A stretch of 64,000 nt of DNA from a virus, in the IMG/VR virus record IMGVR_UViG_3300031669_000001, positions 1 through 64,000 of that record. One strand, 5' to 3'. Position numbers and translations under genes: made by a program. The notes beneath the pieces were generated by a model. That model saw only the letters and a program-made list of their open reading frames with translations. It was not told where the DNA came from and searched no databases. Below, in pieces: positions 26,706 to 34,516 of this stretch (positions are counted from its first letter, which is position 1; each line of letters begins with the position of its first letter).

Positions 26706-26734
26706 ATTATAACATAGTCGAGAATGTAAGTAAA
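26706..26734 (-). promoter_or_regulatory. early sigma70-like phage promoter
   Basis: -35 TTTACT, 17-nt spacer, -10 TATAAT. GTG 26699 lies only 6 nt after the -10. Confidence 0.6.
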
Positions 26735-26762
26735 CATTCTAGACGTACAGGAGACGGAGAAT

Positions 26763-26963
26763 TTAACGACTAAAAACGTGATCAAGAAACTTCGCGTAGT
26801 CTTCCATGTCTTGCTCATTCATGTCGATGATGAGCTTAGGACAAAGGTTAGACTGATGAAGCTTAATGTTCAGAATGCAGCCAAATAAAATATCGTCAAG
26901 CTTTGATTTAGCCCAGATCAGGTCTGGTCTAATAACTCGTAGACTTTTGCTCGGTTCTTCCAT
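26763..26963 (-). CDS. hypothetical protein
   Basis: 66-aa ORF. Confidence 0.45.
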   Translation of the reverse strand: MEEPSKSLRVIRPDLIWAKSKLDDILFGCILNIKLHQSNLCPKLIIDMNEQDMEDYAKFLDHVFSR

Positions 26964-27093
26964 TTGTCGGTTGTTGCGCTTTTAACTTGAGTTGTTCACG
27001 AAGTTCGTAAACTTCTCTGGTAAGATCGTTGATTGTCTTTTTTGAGGCATCAGCGATTTGCTCTAGCTGCTTGACGTATGTTGCTCTGGACAT
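26929..27093 (-). CDS. 54-aa coiled-coil peptide (not in ORF track)
   Basis: MSRATYVKQLEQIADASKK... with an AAGGAG SD. Confidence 0.45.
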   Translation of the reverse strand: MSRATYVKQLEQIADASKKTINDLTREVYELREQLKLKAQQPTNGRTEQKSTSY

Positions 27094-27127
27094 TTTAACT
27101 CCTTCAACTGGTAAAGGACTTGCAATT

Positions 27128-27667
27128 CTATTTATCTGCTTGCAAGGCTGCCGCTTTCTTTTTCTCGATAAATTTTTTCATTGAGATTGACCTTTTAACG
27201 CGAGATTCTAATAGTTGTGGCTTCCCCTTCAATTGAATTGCTAATTTAGCTTTATGTTCATTTGATAATGGACCAATTTTCTTACCCTTATTCCATGGTG
27301 TATGACCTTTAGAATTTGCTATCTGTTCTAACGATCGTGGACGAAGTTTATTACCTACAGTAGAACCGCCTCTGAGACCATCTTCAAATTTCAAGTTTGC
27401 CCATAAATCTGACGTTACTATATTCCACTGTTCAGAGACCATTAATGCAAACTCTTTGATCTCTTCTTTCTCAGTGAATAAACAATACCAAATAGTTTCA
27501 ACTTTATTCCGACCATACTTATTGATATGATTATTCCAATGAAGACCTCCACCTTTATATTTCTCAAGATTTTTATGTAAAGTTTTTCCAAGATAAAATA
27601 GCCCCCTTCCATCAGTTCTAGTTGATGGATCTGTTGGATGCCACTTGATATAAAGATAGACTGTCAT
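27128..27667 (-). CDS. GIY-YIG-like homing endonuclease with NUMOD3-type repeats
   Basis: VYLYI...FYLGKT...E, then HTPWNKGKK..SNEHKAKL repeats. AT-rich. Start 27667 lies immediately after a terminator. Paralog of 37093..37692. Confidence 0.6.
   Translation of the reverse strand: MTVYLYIKWHPTDPSTRTDGRGLFYLGKTLHKNLEKYKGGGLHWNNHINKYGRNKVETIWYCLFTEKEEIKEFALMVSEQWNIVTSDLWANLKFEDGLRGGSTVGNKLRPRSLEQIANSKGHTPWNKGKKIGPLSNEHKAKLAIQLKGKPQLLESRVKRSISMKKFIEKKKAAALQADK
27129..27136 (-). promoter_or_regulatory. possible T4-type late promoter
   Basis: GATAAATA 36 nt upstream of ATG 27093. Confidence 0.25.
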
Positions 27668-27674
27668 GTCGAAG

Positions 27675-27703
27675 AAAAAGCCTGCAAACATTGCAGGCTT
27701 TTT
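27675..27703 (-). terminator. rho-independent terminator (bidirectional shape)
   Basis: AAAAAGCCTGCAA-aca-TTGCAGGCTTTTT, directly after the LemA-like gene. Confidence 0.75.
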
Positions 27704-27715
27704 CGGTGAATGCGT

Positions 27716-28291
27716 TTAGCGCATTTTGATAGGTGCTGACACACCGCTTGAGAATGCTGCTTCAGTATCTGCCGCTACGACTGGCTTGTACTTGTTCAGG
27801 TCAACTTTTGGAAACCCAGCAATTGACAGGAACCAGCTACGTGGAACTGTTCCGAGCTCAGTAACGTACACTCGCTTTTCATCGATCATTCGAGTTTGTG
27901 CGTTCTGGAATTCGTTTCGTCCAGCTTCGATGATCTGTTGAATCTTGGTGTACAGCGTACTATCGAAGTTCACGCTGTGTTCCTTGATCCACTGCATGCT
28001 TGCCTGGCTGCCGTTTGCGCCGTAACGGCTAGACAGTTCCTTGGACATCACTTCTTTCAGATCATCTTTGTACATCGCAGGGATGGAAGCTGCTTCTTGA
28101 ACCTTGAGGGTGTATTGACCCAGAATGTTCTTGTTGTTTGTCCAGTCGGCTTCTAGACCAGCTTCCGCACGAACGGCGTAGTTTGTTGCAGAGTAGTAAG
28201 CGATCACCAATCCACCACCAACAGTAATCGCAAATCCTATCACAGCCAACGCCACGATCAAACCAACGCTCATTGCACCTTTATTTTTCAT
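27716..28291 (-). CDS. LemA-family membrane protein
   Basis: N-terminal TM helix. The C-terminal RNEFQNAQTRMIDEKRVYV...GFP fits the LemA pattern. Confidence 0.5.
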   Translation of the reverse strand: MKNKGAMSVGLIVALAVIGFAITVGGGLVIAYYSATNYAVRAEAGLEADWTNNKNILGQYTLKVQEAASIPAMYKDDLKEVMSKELSSRYGANGSQASMQWIKEHSVNFDSTLYTKIQQIIEAGRNEFQNAQTRMIDEKRVYVTELGTVPRSWFLSIAGFPKVDLNKYKPVVAADTEAAFSSGVSAPIKMR

Positions 28292-28515
28292 TCAATTTCT
28301 CCTAAGTTTACTTCATTAAAAACATCTCGATTGTTGATGCGTCTTTGCTGCCTTCTTCTGTGCGTCTTTTCCTGCTTAATGTCTACTGAATTTCCTTGGT
28401 GACCACCGTCATGTTCCATGCCAGGTACACCAGCTCTAACGCGAGCCATGTAATTCTGATAACTGTAGTTGAATCCTCGTTTGTTTGGATTCTTACGGCG
28501 GTGGTTCGTTTTCAT
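28288..28515 (-). CDS. small highly basic protein
   Basis: 75 aa, Arg/Lys/His-rich. Confidence 0.5.
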   Translation of the reverse strand: MKTNHRRKNPNKRGFNYSYQNYMARVRAGVPGMEHDGGHQGNSVDIKQEKTHRRRQQRRINNRDVFNEVNLGEIE

Positions 28516-29579
28516 TAGTACCCGTTCCTCTTTACTACAATCGTTGTGATCACAGAGGCGATGAGTCCCAAGATAATAGCTAACACCAACACCCAGGTGG
28601 GTGGTTGTATCTGAGTCTTTAGATACTCAAAGTCCTTCATCTCCTTGCGCTTAAACATCTTCTGAGTATCAGCTGCGATCACTGGGATGATCTTTGCTCG
28701 ATCAACTGTTCCTATCGCTGAGATGTCATCATGCAGTTCCACCTTGAACAGAGCTGCATCAGTCCAACTCGAGATACCTACCCAGTCGATCTTTGGATAG
28801 TGAGTGACGCCAAGGATGACGATGATGTCATTTTTCTTTCCACCAACCCACTTGCCTTCTAACGAGTGGATGTAACTTTCATCTGCCGTGTTTACAAAGA
28901 TCACGATAACGTTTGCCTGCTTCTCTGGCCCAAGAGTTCGCAAGATGTCAGAGATGTCATTGTCCCATTGAGGAATGTCCGGCACTGGCACCCCTTCAGT
29001 GATCGCGCGATTCAACTTGTAGTAATCGTAGATGCCAGCTGGATAAACTGGAATCATGTTGTCAAATCGATGCGTCAAGTTCTTGTGGAACAGACTGTCA
29101 GGAACAGCCTTCACGTAGTTTGTGAAGTGATGCTTCGCAGAGACTGGATCACCAGGCTTTACTATAGTCCAACGAGGTGGCTCCCTAAGTCCCTGGCTGT
29201 CAAGCGTGTTGATGTCAAAGTCACGAACGTTTGAGTGAACTACCCAATCAACGTCGTAAGGATGCTCATAACAGGTGTCGCATTCTTCTGTCGATGTTCT
29301 ATGCTTTCCATATCCCGAAGACACCATGTGACAGTGACATTGATAACTGTGGCGGCACGGTACCTTCTCATGATACTTTGAGATGACTTGACCGTTCAGA
29401 ATCTCGATGTCATCTGTCTGGCTGTACATTCCCGTTGCATACACGACTAGAGTTAAGATCGTTCCGACGGCGAATGAAGATCCAATCTCGATCCAAGTAA
29501 CCTTTCTTGGAAGGAAGATCTTCGTCAACCAAGGGATGATGAAGATTGGAAAAAGAACAAACAACAGCGTCATGCTCAT
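28515..29579 (-). CDS. membrane protein with Cys/His-rich extracytoplasmic domain
   Basis: Two N-terminal TM helices and one C-terminal TM helix. Contains PCRHSYQCHCH...CDTC. Confidence 0.65.
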   Translation of the reverse strand: MSMTLLFVLFPIFIIPWLTKIFLPRKVTWIEIGSSFAVGTILTLVVYATGMYSQTDDIEILNGQVISKYHEKVPCRHSYQCHCHMVSSGYGKHRTSTEECDTCYEHPYDVDWVVHSNVRDFDINTLDSQGLREPPRWTIVKPGDPVSAKHHFTNYVKAVPDSLFHKNLTHRFDNMIPVYPAGIYDYYKLNRAITEGVPVPDIPQWDNDISDILRTLGPEKQANVIVIFVNTADESYIHSLEGKWVGGKKNDIIVILGVTHYPKIDWVGISSWTDAALFKVELHDDISAIGTVDRAKIIPVIAADTQKMFKRKEMKDFEYLKTQIQPPTWVLVLAIILGLIASVITTIVVKRNGY

Positions 29580-30052
29580 TTTGATTCCTTCAAAAGTTTA
29601 TCTCGCAATCTGTCAATTACTTCCATCGCTTCTGTGATTCCTACTCCTTTTGTCTTGTAGTAATGCTTCAAAGCTGCGATGCGCCCTTTTGTGTTTAGTA
29701 GTTCCAAACACTCATCGAGAATTGTGTCCTTGTTCTTATCGAACCATTCCTTTTCAAGAGCTGAGCCGTGAAGCGGGCAATTGTCTGCATGATTGTGAGC
29801 CTCTGCGCACAAGCATTTCGGTGAAAGCAGCTCAGGTGGAATTTGATTGACGTAGATTTCTTCGTCTTCAAAAAGATAGTAACGAGTTCCGTAGGTACCA
29901 AGCCCAGCGTTGTAATTCTCGATGAGAGTTTTGATCAGATTTCTGTCCATATCTGAATCAAGCACCGCTACGATGGTATCACCCATCGTGTCAGGAGTAT
30001 GTTTTTTGATTACTAGCATAACTTCTTTCTTATAGCTTCTCAGCGAGGTCAA
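29576..30052 (-). CDS. hypothetical protein
   Basis: 158-aa ORF. The start is either TTG 30052 or ATG 30019. Confidence 0.6.
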   Translation of the reverse strand: MTSLRSYKKEVMLVIKKHTPDTMGDTIVAVLDSDMDRNLIKTLIENYNAGLGTYGTRYYLFEDEEIYVNQIPPELLSPKCLCAEAHNHADNCPLHGSALEKEWFDKNKDTILDECLELLNTKGRIAALKHYYKTKGVGITEAMEVIDRLRDKLLKESK

Positions 30053-30198
30053 TCAAGAACCTCGATGTCATCAAGTTGTTTGCGAAGAGCGCGAAGAACA
30101 ATCCAAGCGCTACCATCCAGTTTGATCCGTACCACAGCAGGCCAAAACCTACCAGGGATAGAAGGAATTCTATCCAAATTTTTAACACGAACACTCAT
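30049..30198 (-). CDS. 49-aa hypothetical peptide
   Basis: MSVRVKNLDRIPSIPGRFWP... with an AAGGA SD. Overlaps the GIY-YIG stop by 17 nt. Confidence 0.35.
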   Translation of the reverse strand: MSVRVKNLDRIPSIPGRFWPAVVRIKLDGSAWIVLRALRKQLDDIEVLD

Positions 30199-31066
30199 GA
30201 GCATCCTTAAATTTGCAATTATTAAAATGCCATTGATGCATTGTTGCTGAGCCGCCTTCTTTATCACAATGTGGACATTTCACAATCTTTTGCTTTTTCC
30301 CTAATGTAGCTGCTGACATATTGGCTTTAGCTTCTTCAGAAACTGAAGTTCTAATTCTAGCTTTAGCACTCAATGACATTTTATCTTTGATTGATTGAAA
30401 CTTAACGGAATCTTTTTTCAACTTATCCCAATGTTCAAAAGCTTGAACTGATCTATCTGTAGGTTTCCAGTCTTCAGCTTGACGTTTTTCTAATAATTTT
30501 TCTTTTCTAGTTTTATGCATTTTATACCAATTTTTGTATCTCGCTTTGGATATTTTACTAAGTCTATTTCCTTGTTGTATTCGTCTTTCATCTGACCATG
30601 CAGCTCTCATTAAAGCTTTAGATTCTAACGTATTCTTTCTCTGAAGACTGCATAATTTCAAACTTGCTTGTTGTCTTTTTTCTGGAGTCCAAAATCGCTC
30701 CATCTTTATAGTGAATTTTTTACGACGCTCATCTGTCCAACTAGCTTTCAGCTTTTCTATTACAGATAGACGTTTAACAGGATCTACAAATAACCATGGA
30801 ACTGCAATTCTTGACAAATTATAATACTTTTTTCCAATTTCGTCTTTATGAATCATCGAAAGAACTCGTTGTTCTTCTAAGAACATTGATTTTTTGTCGT
30901 AGTGGAAAGATAAAATTCTGCGCTTAAAAGATTTTGACCGTTTCTTATACGCGTTTTTCATCCATCTAGAACTACAGATATATCCATCATCCGGAGTCCC
31001 CCAGTGTGCACCGATATAAAAGCGTTTCTTTTCTAAATCATACCAAATGTAGACAAACCCTGACAT
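30182..31066 (-). CDS. GIY-YIG homing endonuclease with multiple NUMOD3-like repeats
   Basis: FVYIWYDLEKKRFYIGAH carries GIY..YIG. AT-rich. AAGGTGAT SD. TATAAATA lies 23 nt upstream. Confidence 0.75.
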   Translation of the reverse strand: MSGFVYIWYDLEKKRFYIGAHWGTPDDGYICSSRWMKNAYKKRSKSFKRRILSFHYDKKSMFLEEQRVLSMIHKDEIGKKYYNLSRIAVPWLFVDPVKRLSVIEKLKASWTDERRKKFTIKMERFWTPEKRQQASLKLCSLQRKNTLESKALMRAAWSDERRIQQGNRLSKISKARYKNWYKMHKTRKEKLLEKRQAEDWKPTDRSVQAFEHWDKLKKDSVKFQSIKDKMSLSAKARIRTSVSEEAKANMSAATLGKKQKIVKCPHCDKEGGSATMHQWHFNNCKFKDAHECSC

Positions 31067-31731
31067 AATATCACCTTTGCTAAAATGATATTTATACAGA
31101 GTGCAAACACGAAAGAATAGTTTTTAGTTGGAATGCGGCACTTAACTTGCCAGCCTTTGTTTGAATCTGCTTTCATGCAAGCTCTCAGAACAGCCTTAGG
31201 ATTCTTCAACACCAAACCCTCATCTTCAGGCTTCAATTCCAGAAAAAGCTTTGCAAAATCACCCGTGTAGTTTGTAGCCACCGACACGTAATCGTGAACT
31301 CGAGTTTGATCACCTTCATCCGCAACAGGTTCCCATTGAGAAGCCAGCAGAAGTTGACGATCTGCAAATGTGCTACCAACAAGGTGAACACCTTCATCAA
31401 CTATCTTGTCGAAGATGTACAGTTGATTCTTTGGACCGCCAGACACCTTGGAGTGCAGCAGCTCAGCAACGTAGACGTTCCACTTTTTAGAACCTTGGAA
31501 GAAGCGAGTGTGCTCTGGAGTAGGAGACCACATGCGATGATCACCGTTGTCGATGTCATTGTGGCGAGTCTTGAAGATGACCTCGTTACCCTTGGCAAAG
31601 ATGACCGTGCAGGTACCGTTCTTTTTCTTTTGAGCCCAGTAGCCTTGCTTCTCTTGAAAGGTAAGCATCGCTTGAGGAATCTTCTGCTCCGGACGAGGAG
31701 GCCAGAGGTATTGGTATTCGTTGTAATCCAT
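31033..31731 (-). CDS. minimal ATP-dependent ligase-like nucleotidyltransferase (no OB domain)
   Basis: AQKKKNGT (motif I, Asn in place of Asp), VYVAELL (III), LYIFD (IIIa), EGLVLKNP (IV), GWQVKCR (V). The C-terminal tail reads into the GIY-YIG gene. Start at 31731 (TAATG overlap). Confidence 0.5.
   Translation of the reverse strand: MDYNEYQYLWPPRPEQKIPQAMLTFQEKQGYWAQKKKNGTCTVIFAKGNEVIFKTRHNDIDNGDHRMWSPTPEHTRFFQGSKKWNVYVAELLHSKVSGGPKNQLYIFDKIVDEGVHLVGSTFADRQLLLASQWEPVADEGDQTRVHDYVSVATNYTGDFAKLFLELKPEDEGLVLKNPKAVLRACMKADSNKGWQVKCRIPTKNYSFVFALCINIILAKVILCQGLSTFGMI
31089..31096 (-). promoter_or_regulatory. T4-type late promoter candidate
   Basis: Exact TATAAATA upstream of the GIY-YIG ATG. Confidence 0.4.
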
Positions 31732-31916
31732 TACACAAGCTCCCAAAACTTTATCAGTTCACCTTCAGACACAGCTATTCCGTCGCGACTACCGACCTTG
31801 TCTACTTCCCAGGTCGTACTTGCATAAAATTTCCTGATGACCCAGTCACCATATTCAGGATGAGCTATTTGACGAATCTTAACGCCCGGTTTGATTTGAT
31901 CGAGAGCGAGACTCAT
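31731..31916 (-). CDS. hypothetical protein
   Basis: 61-aa ORF, coupled. Confidence 0.5.
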   Translation of the reverse strand: MSLALDQIKPGVKIRQIAHPEYGDWVIRKFYASTTWEVDKVGSRDGIAVSEGELIKFWELV

Positions 31917-32110
31917 TGCAGCACCTCGTGCATGTGATCACCGATCCATTCATAAGGATCGCCAGTGCGGGCTTTGGCAGTACCGTAAGGCATCTCACCG
32001 TTATTGCAGAAGTATTCGTAGAGTTTGAGGTACAGATCTTCAGGAAGATCGCTGTTGTTGTCAATAGCGAATTGAATATCTGCCTTGTCTTCATCGGTGA
32101 ATGTAGTCAT
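31913..32110 (-). CDS. hypothetical acidic protein
   Basis: 65-aa ORF, coupled. Confidence 0.5.
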   Translation of the reverse strand: MTTFTDEDKADIQFAIDNNSDLPEDLYLKLYEYFCNNGEMPYGTAKARTGDPYEWIGDHMHEVLQ

Positions 32111-32247
32111 TAGATGTCCATCCCTACGGTAATGTTTGTAGGATAGCCATCTTCGATCAGCTTGCGCTTGATCGCTTTGCAGTTCAAGCGAGATGCAGAG
32201 TAGACTGAATCGTAATATTCACCGAATCGATAAACTGTGTAGTGCAT
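32110..32247 (-). CDS. 45-aa peptide (not in ORF track)
   Basis: MHYTVYRFGEYYDSVYS... with a GAGGTAA SD. First ORF after promoter 32277..32304. TAATG coupling. Confidence 0.45.
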   Translation of the reverse strand: MHYTVYRFGEYYDSVYSASRLNCKAIKRKLIEDGYPTNITVGMDI

Positions 32248-32276
32248 GATTACCTCTAGCTTGATTTGATAGAGTA

Positions 32277-32304
32277 ATTATATCACAGCGCTGCAAAAAG
32301 TACA
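32277..32304 (-). promoter_or_regulatory. early sigma70-like phage promoter
   Basis: -35 TGTACT, 16-nt spacer, -10 TATAAT. Confidence 0.7.
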
Positions 32305-32332
32305 CACTTTTGTGCAATTATGGTGAAAACTA

Positions 32333-33106
32333 CTACAAAACATCTACTTCTCGATCAACGCTCCAATGTTCCGGCATAAATGCGGGCTTTGCAGTGTCGA
32401 TAAAGTGTTGTCTCCAACGCTTGATGAAAGGTTCAAAGTCTCCACTTGCGTGCAAGTCTTCGACGATCGCTTTTCCAGGATCGATTCTACATGCAATCAA
32501 AACGCTATCGGACAGCTCTTCAAGTTCTTCTAGAGTAGGAGTCTTTCCCAGATATTCAACAATCTCTGCCATCATGTCAGCTTGACGAGAAGCTGGTATG
32601 GTGTTTTTGCGTAACAGAGATTTTGCAAGACGACAGACCTTGTCAAGAATTTTATTGTCAACAGACATCTTGATGACTGGAAGATCTTCACCTGTGAACT
32701 CTATGGAGATTTGCTTCTTGAGGTGCATAGCCTCGGTTTCGTATTCCTCGTGGCATGGAACGCAGATCACGACAACGTCATGAGCTGATCGTGCCTTGAG
32801 CTTCAGGGGAAAGAACTTTCGATACATGTATGGAACTATATGGTGCTTCGTCAGATTTGCCTCAGTTCCACATTTGACGCAGCGATTATGCTTTGGAGCA
32901 AGGCTGAACGCATCACCTTTGTTTCCGTTGCCGTGAGGCTTGAACTTGAGCTTGATGGTAGGTGGATCTTCAGAGATGACGTCTGCAAGACCTCTGTCAA
33001 GGTACCACTTAGCGCGCTTGAGCGCACAGCGGCACATCTCCTCGCCTTCAGGAGAGATCATCAGCCAATTGGAGTAGGCTGGGGTTTGTAGGTTACGAAG
33101 GCTCAT
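32333..33106 (-). CDS. HNH-type endonuclease
   Basis: CVKCGTEANLTKHHIVPYMY ... CVPCHEEYE. Confidence 0.6.
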   Translation of the reverse strand: MSLRNLQTPAYSNWLMISPEGEEMCRCALKRAKWYLDRGLADVISEDPPTIKLKFKPHGNGNKGDAFSLAPKHNRCVKCGTEANLTKHHIVPYMYRKFFPLKLKARSAHDVVVICVPCHEEYETEAMHLKKQISIEFTGEDLPVIKMSVDNKILDKVCRLAKSLLRKNTIPASRQADMMAEIVEYLGKTPTLEELEELSDSVLIACRIDPGKAIVEDLHASGDFEPFIKRWRQHFIDTAKPAFMPEHWSVDREVDVL

Positions 33107-33398
33107 TTACAGGAAACACCATGTGAGCGCGGATGCTGACAGTATCTGCATCTGCATAATCCAGCGAAGGAGCATCTTCATGTGGTTCACCGTACAGGAA
33201 CTTCTTGATTGACTCTACACTCAAAGTTACTCGACCGGTCTTTGTGATCTTGATCGCAGTTCCTACTGTAGTGCGAGCCCAGCCACCGTCAGAAGTGCTG
33301 TAACCATATCGTTGTCCTATTGCAATTGGAATTCCAAGAGCATCTTTCCACACCTTTGGAAAGTCAATTGGATTGTCTGTATTTGTCATGTGTACCAT
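33093..33398 (-). CDS. hypothetical protein
   Basis: Start at ATG 33398 (GAGGA SD). Confidence 0.55.
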   Translation of the reverse strand: MVHMTNTDNPIDFPKVWKDALGIPIAIGQRYGYSTSDGGWARTTVGTAIKITKTGRVTLSVESIKKFLYGEPHEDAPSLDYADADTVSIRAHMVFPVNEPS

Positions 33399-33406
33399 GA
33401 TAATCC

Positions 33407-33625
33407 TCAAAGTAAGGTGATGCGATTCTTTGGAAATAAAACCACAGAGATGATTGGGAAGTCCACCTTCTCATCCCATGCAACTGACTCTCCATTGATG
33501 ATGAGAGCTTTGTTCTGACACCATCTCTTCAGCTCCGAGTTTGAGACAGGACCAACGCGCTTGCCTTCTCTCGTTTGAAAGTGACAAACTTTATTGAGGT
33601 CTCGTAGAAATTCCCAGAAGTTCAT
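33407..33625 (-). CDS. hypothetical protein
   Basis: 72-aa ORF. Confidence 0.5.
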   Translation of the reverse strand: MNFWEFLRDLNKVCHFQTREGKRVGPVSNSELKRWCQNKALIINGESVAWDEKVDFPIISVVLFPKNRITLL

Positions 33626-33900
33626 GGTATAGTGCAGGGTACAGGATTCTTAGCAACGTTAGTAGTCCTAAATCCGCACTTCTCCAATGCAGCAGCGACG
33701 TCATAGACATCATAGCAATGCATTCCAGAGATGATCACGATGAAGCCGCCAGGTCCTTGAACCCGGCCTTTTGATAAAAGATAGACGTTTTGCGGTTGAA
33801 TGAGAATGTCCATCGTGTGAAGCTCGTAGCGTAGAAAATGTGCGACGAGCTCAAATAGAGGCGTCACAACGTTATCATTTTTGTAGACTGTGAATTTCAT
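33622..33900 (-). CDS. hypothetical protein
   Basis: 92-aa ORF with an ATGA overlap. Confidence 0.55.
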   Translation of the reverse strand: MKFTVYKNDNVVTPLFELVAHFLRYELHTMDILIQPQNVYLLSKGRVQGPGGFIVIISGMHCYDVYDVAAALEKCGFRTTNVAKNPVPCTIP

Positions 33901-34076
33901 TTTTCGTACTTCTTCATCTTCATGGTGCTGACGCCGTTGAAAACAACGATAGGTTCAGATTTGATTCGGGCTGGAATGTACGCAGCTTGTTTTCCCTTCC
34001 TTATCTCAATCAGCATCCACACTAAGAGAGCTACCAGCAACAGGGAAAAACCAACGTAAAATATTTCTGCATGCAT
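33897..34076 (-). CDS. 59-aa single-pass membrane peptide (not in ORF track)
   Basis: MHAEIFYVGFSLLLVALLVWMLIE... with an AAGGAG SD. Confidence 0.5.
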   Translation of the reverse strand: MHAEIFYVGFSLLLVALLVWMLIEIRKGKQAAYIPARIKSEPIVVFNGVSTMKMKKYEK

Positions 34077-34086
34077 TTTTTTCTCC

Positions 34087-34194
34087 TTAAAACCAAAATT
34101 TAGTTGAGATGTTGATTACGGTCAACGCTAAAGAATCGACGACCAAGATAGCTAGAAATCCTGTAACCAACCAGTGAAGAGGTATCGAGATCAT
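34087..34194 (-). CDS. 35-aa hydrophobic peptide
   Basis: MISIPLHWLVTGFLAILVVDSLALTVI... with an ATGA overlap with the upstream micro-ORF. Confidence 0.35.
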   Translation of the reverse strand: MISIPLHWLVTGFLAILVVDSLALTVINISTKFWF

Positions 34195-34316
34195 TCGGCT
34201 TCTCGCGGGTGCACAATTTGAATCCACTTCAGAATCTCGCTCATAGCTTGTACGCGCCAGCGGCGCACTTGACGAGTCTTTGAAAATTTTGCTATTGGTG
34301 CGCGATACACTTTCAT
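34191..34316 (-). CDS. 41-aa basic peptide
   Basis: MKVYRAPIAKFSKTRQVRRWRV... with ATGA overlaps at both ends. Confidence 0.35.
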   Translation of the reverse strand: MKVYRAPIAKFSKTRQVRRWRVQAMSEILKWIQIVHPREAE

Positions 34317-34516
34317 ACTTTCTCCCTAACTAGATCGTAATATTTCTTAGCCCAATCAGGGCAACCTTCTTCATTTTCTTCAAACGAGGAGAATCGAGGG
34401 AACTTTCCAAAAAGCGCCCTACGAATTGAGATGGGATGCTTTTGTTCACGCCGATATTTCCACCATCCATAACGAGTCATCAATCTCCACAGCCACAATG
34501 GAATTTTAACGCGCAT
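34313..34516 (-). CDS. hypothetical protein
   Basis: 67-aa ORF. Confidence 0.5.
   Translation of the reverse strand: MRVKIPLWLWRLMTRYGWWKYRREQKHPISIRRALFGKFPRFSSFEENEEGCPDWAKKYYDLVREKV

Noticed and set aside
30182-31096. A group I intron carrying the GIY-YIG ORF inside the ligase-like gene.
   Set aside because: The endonuclease ORF fills essentially the whole insert, leaving no room for an intron catalytic core. It also has its own promoter-like box and SD, so it fits a free-standing HEG better.
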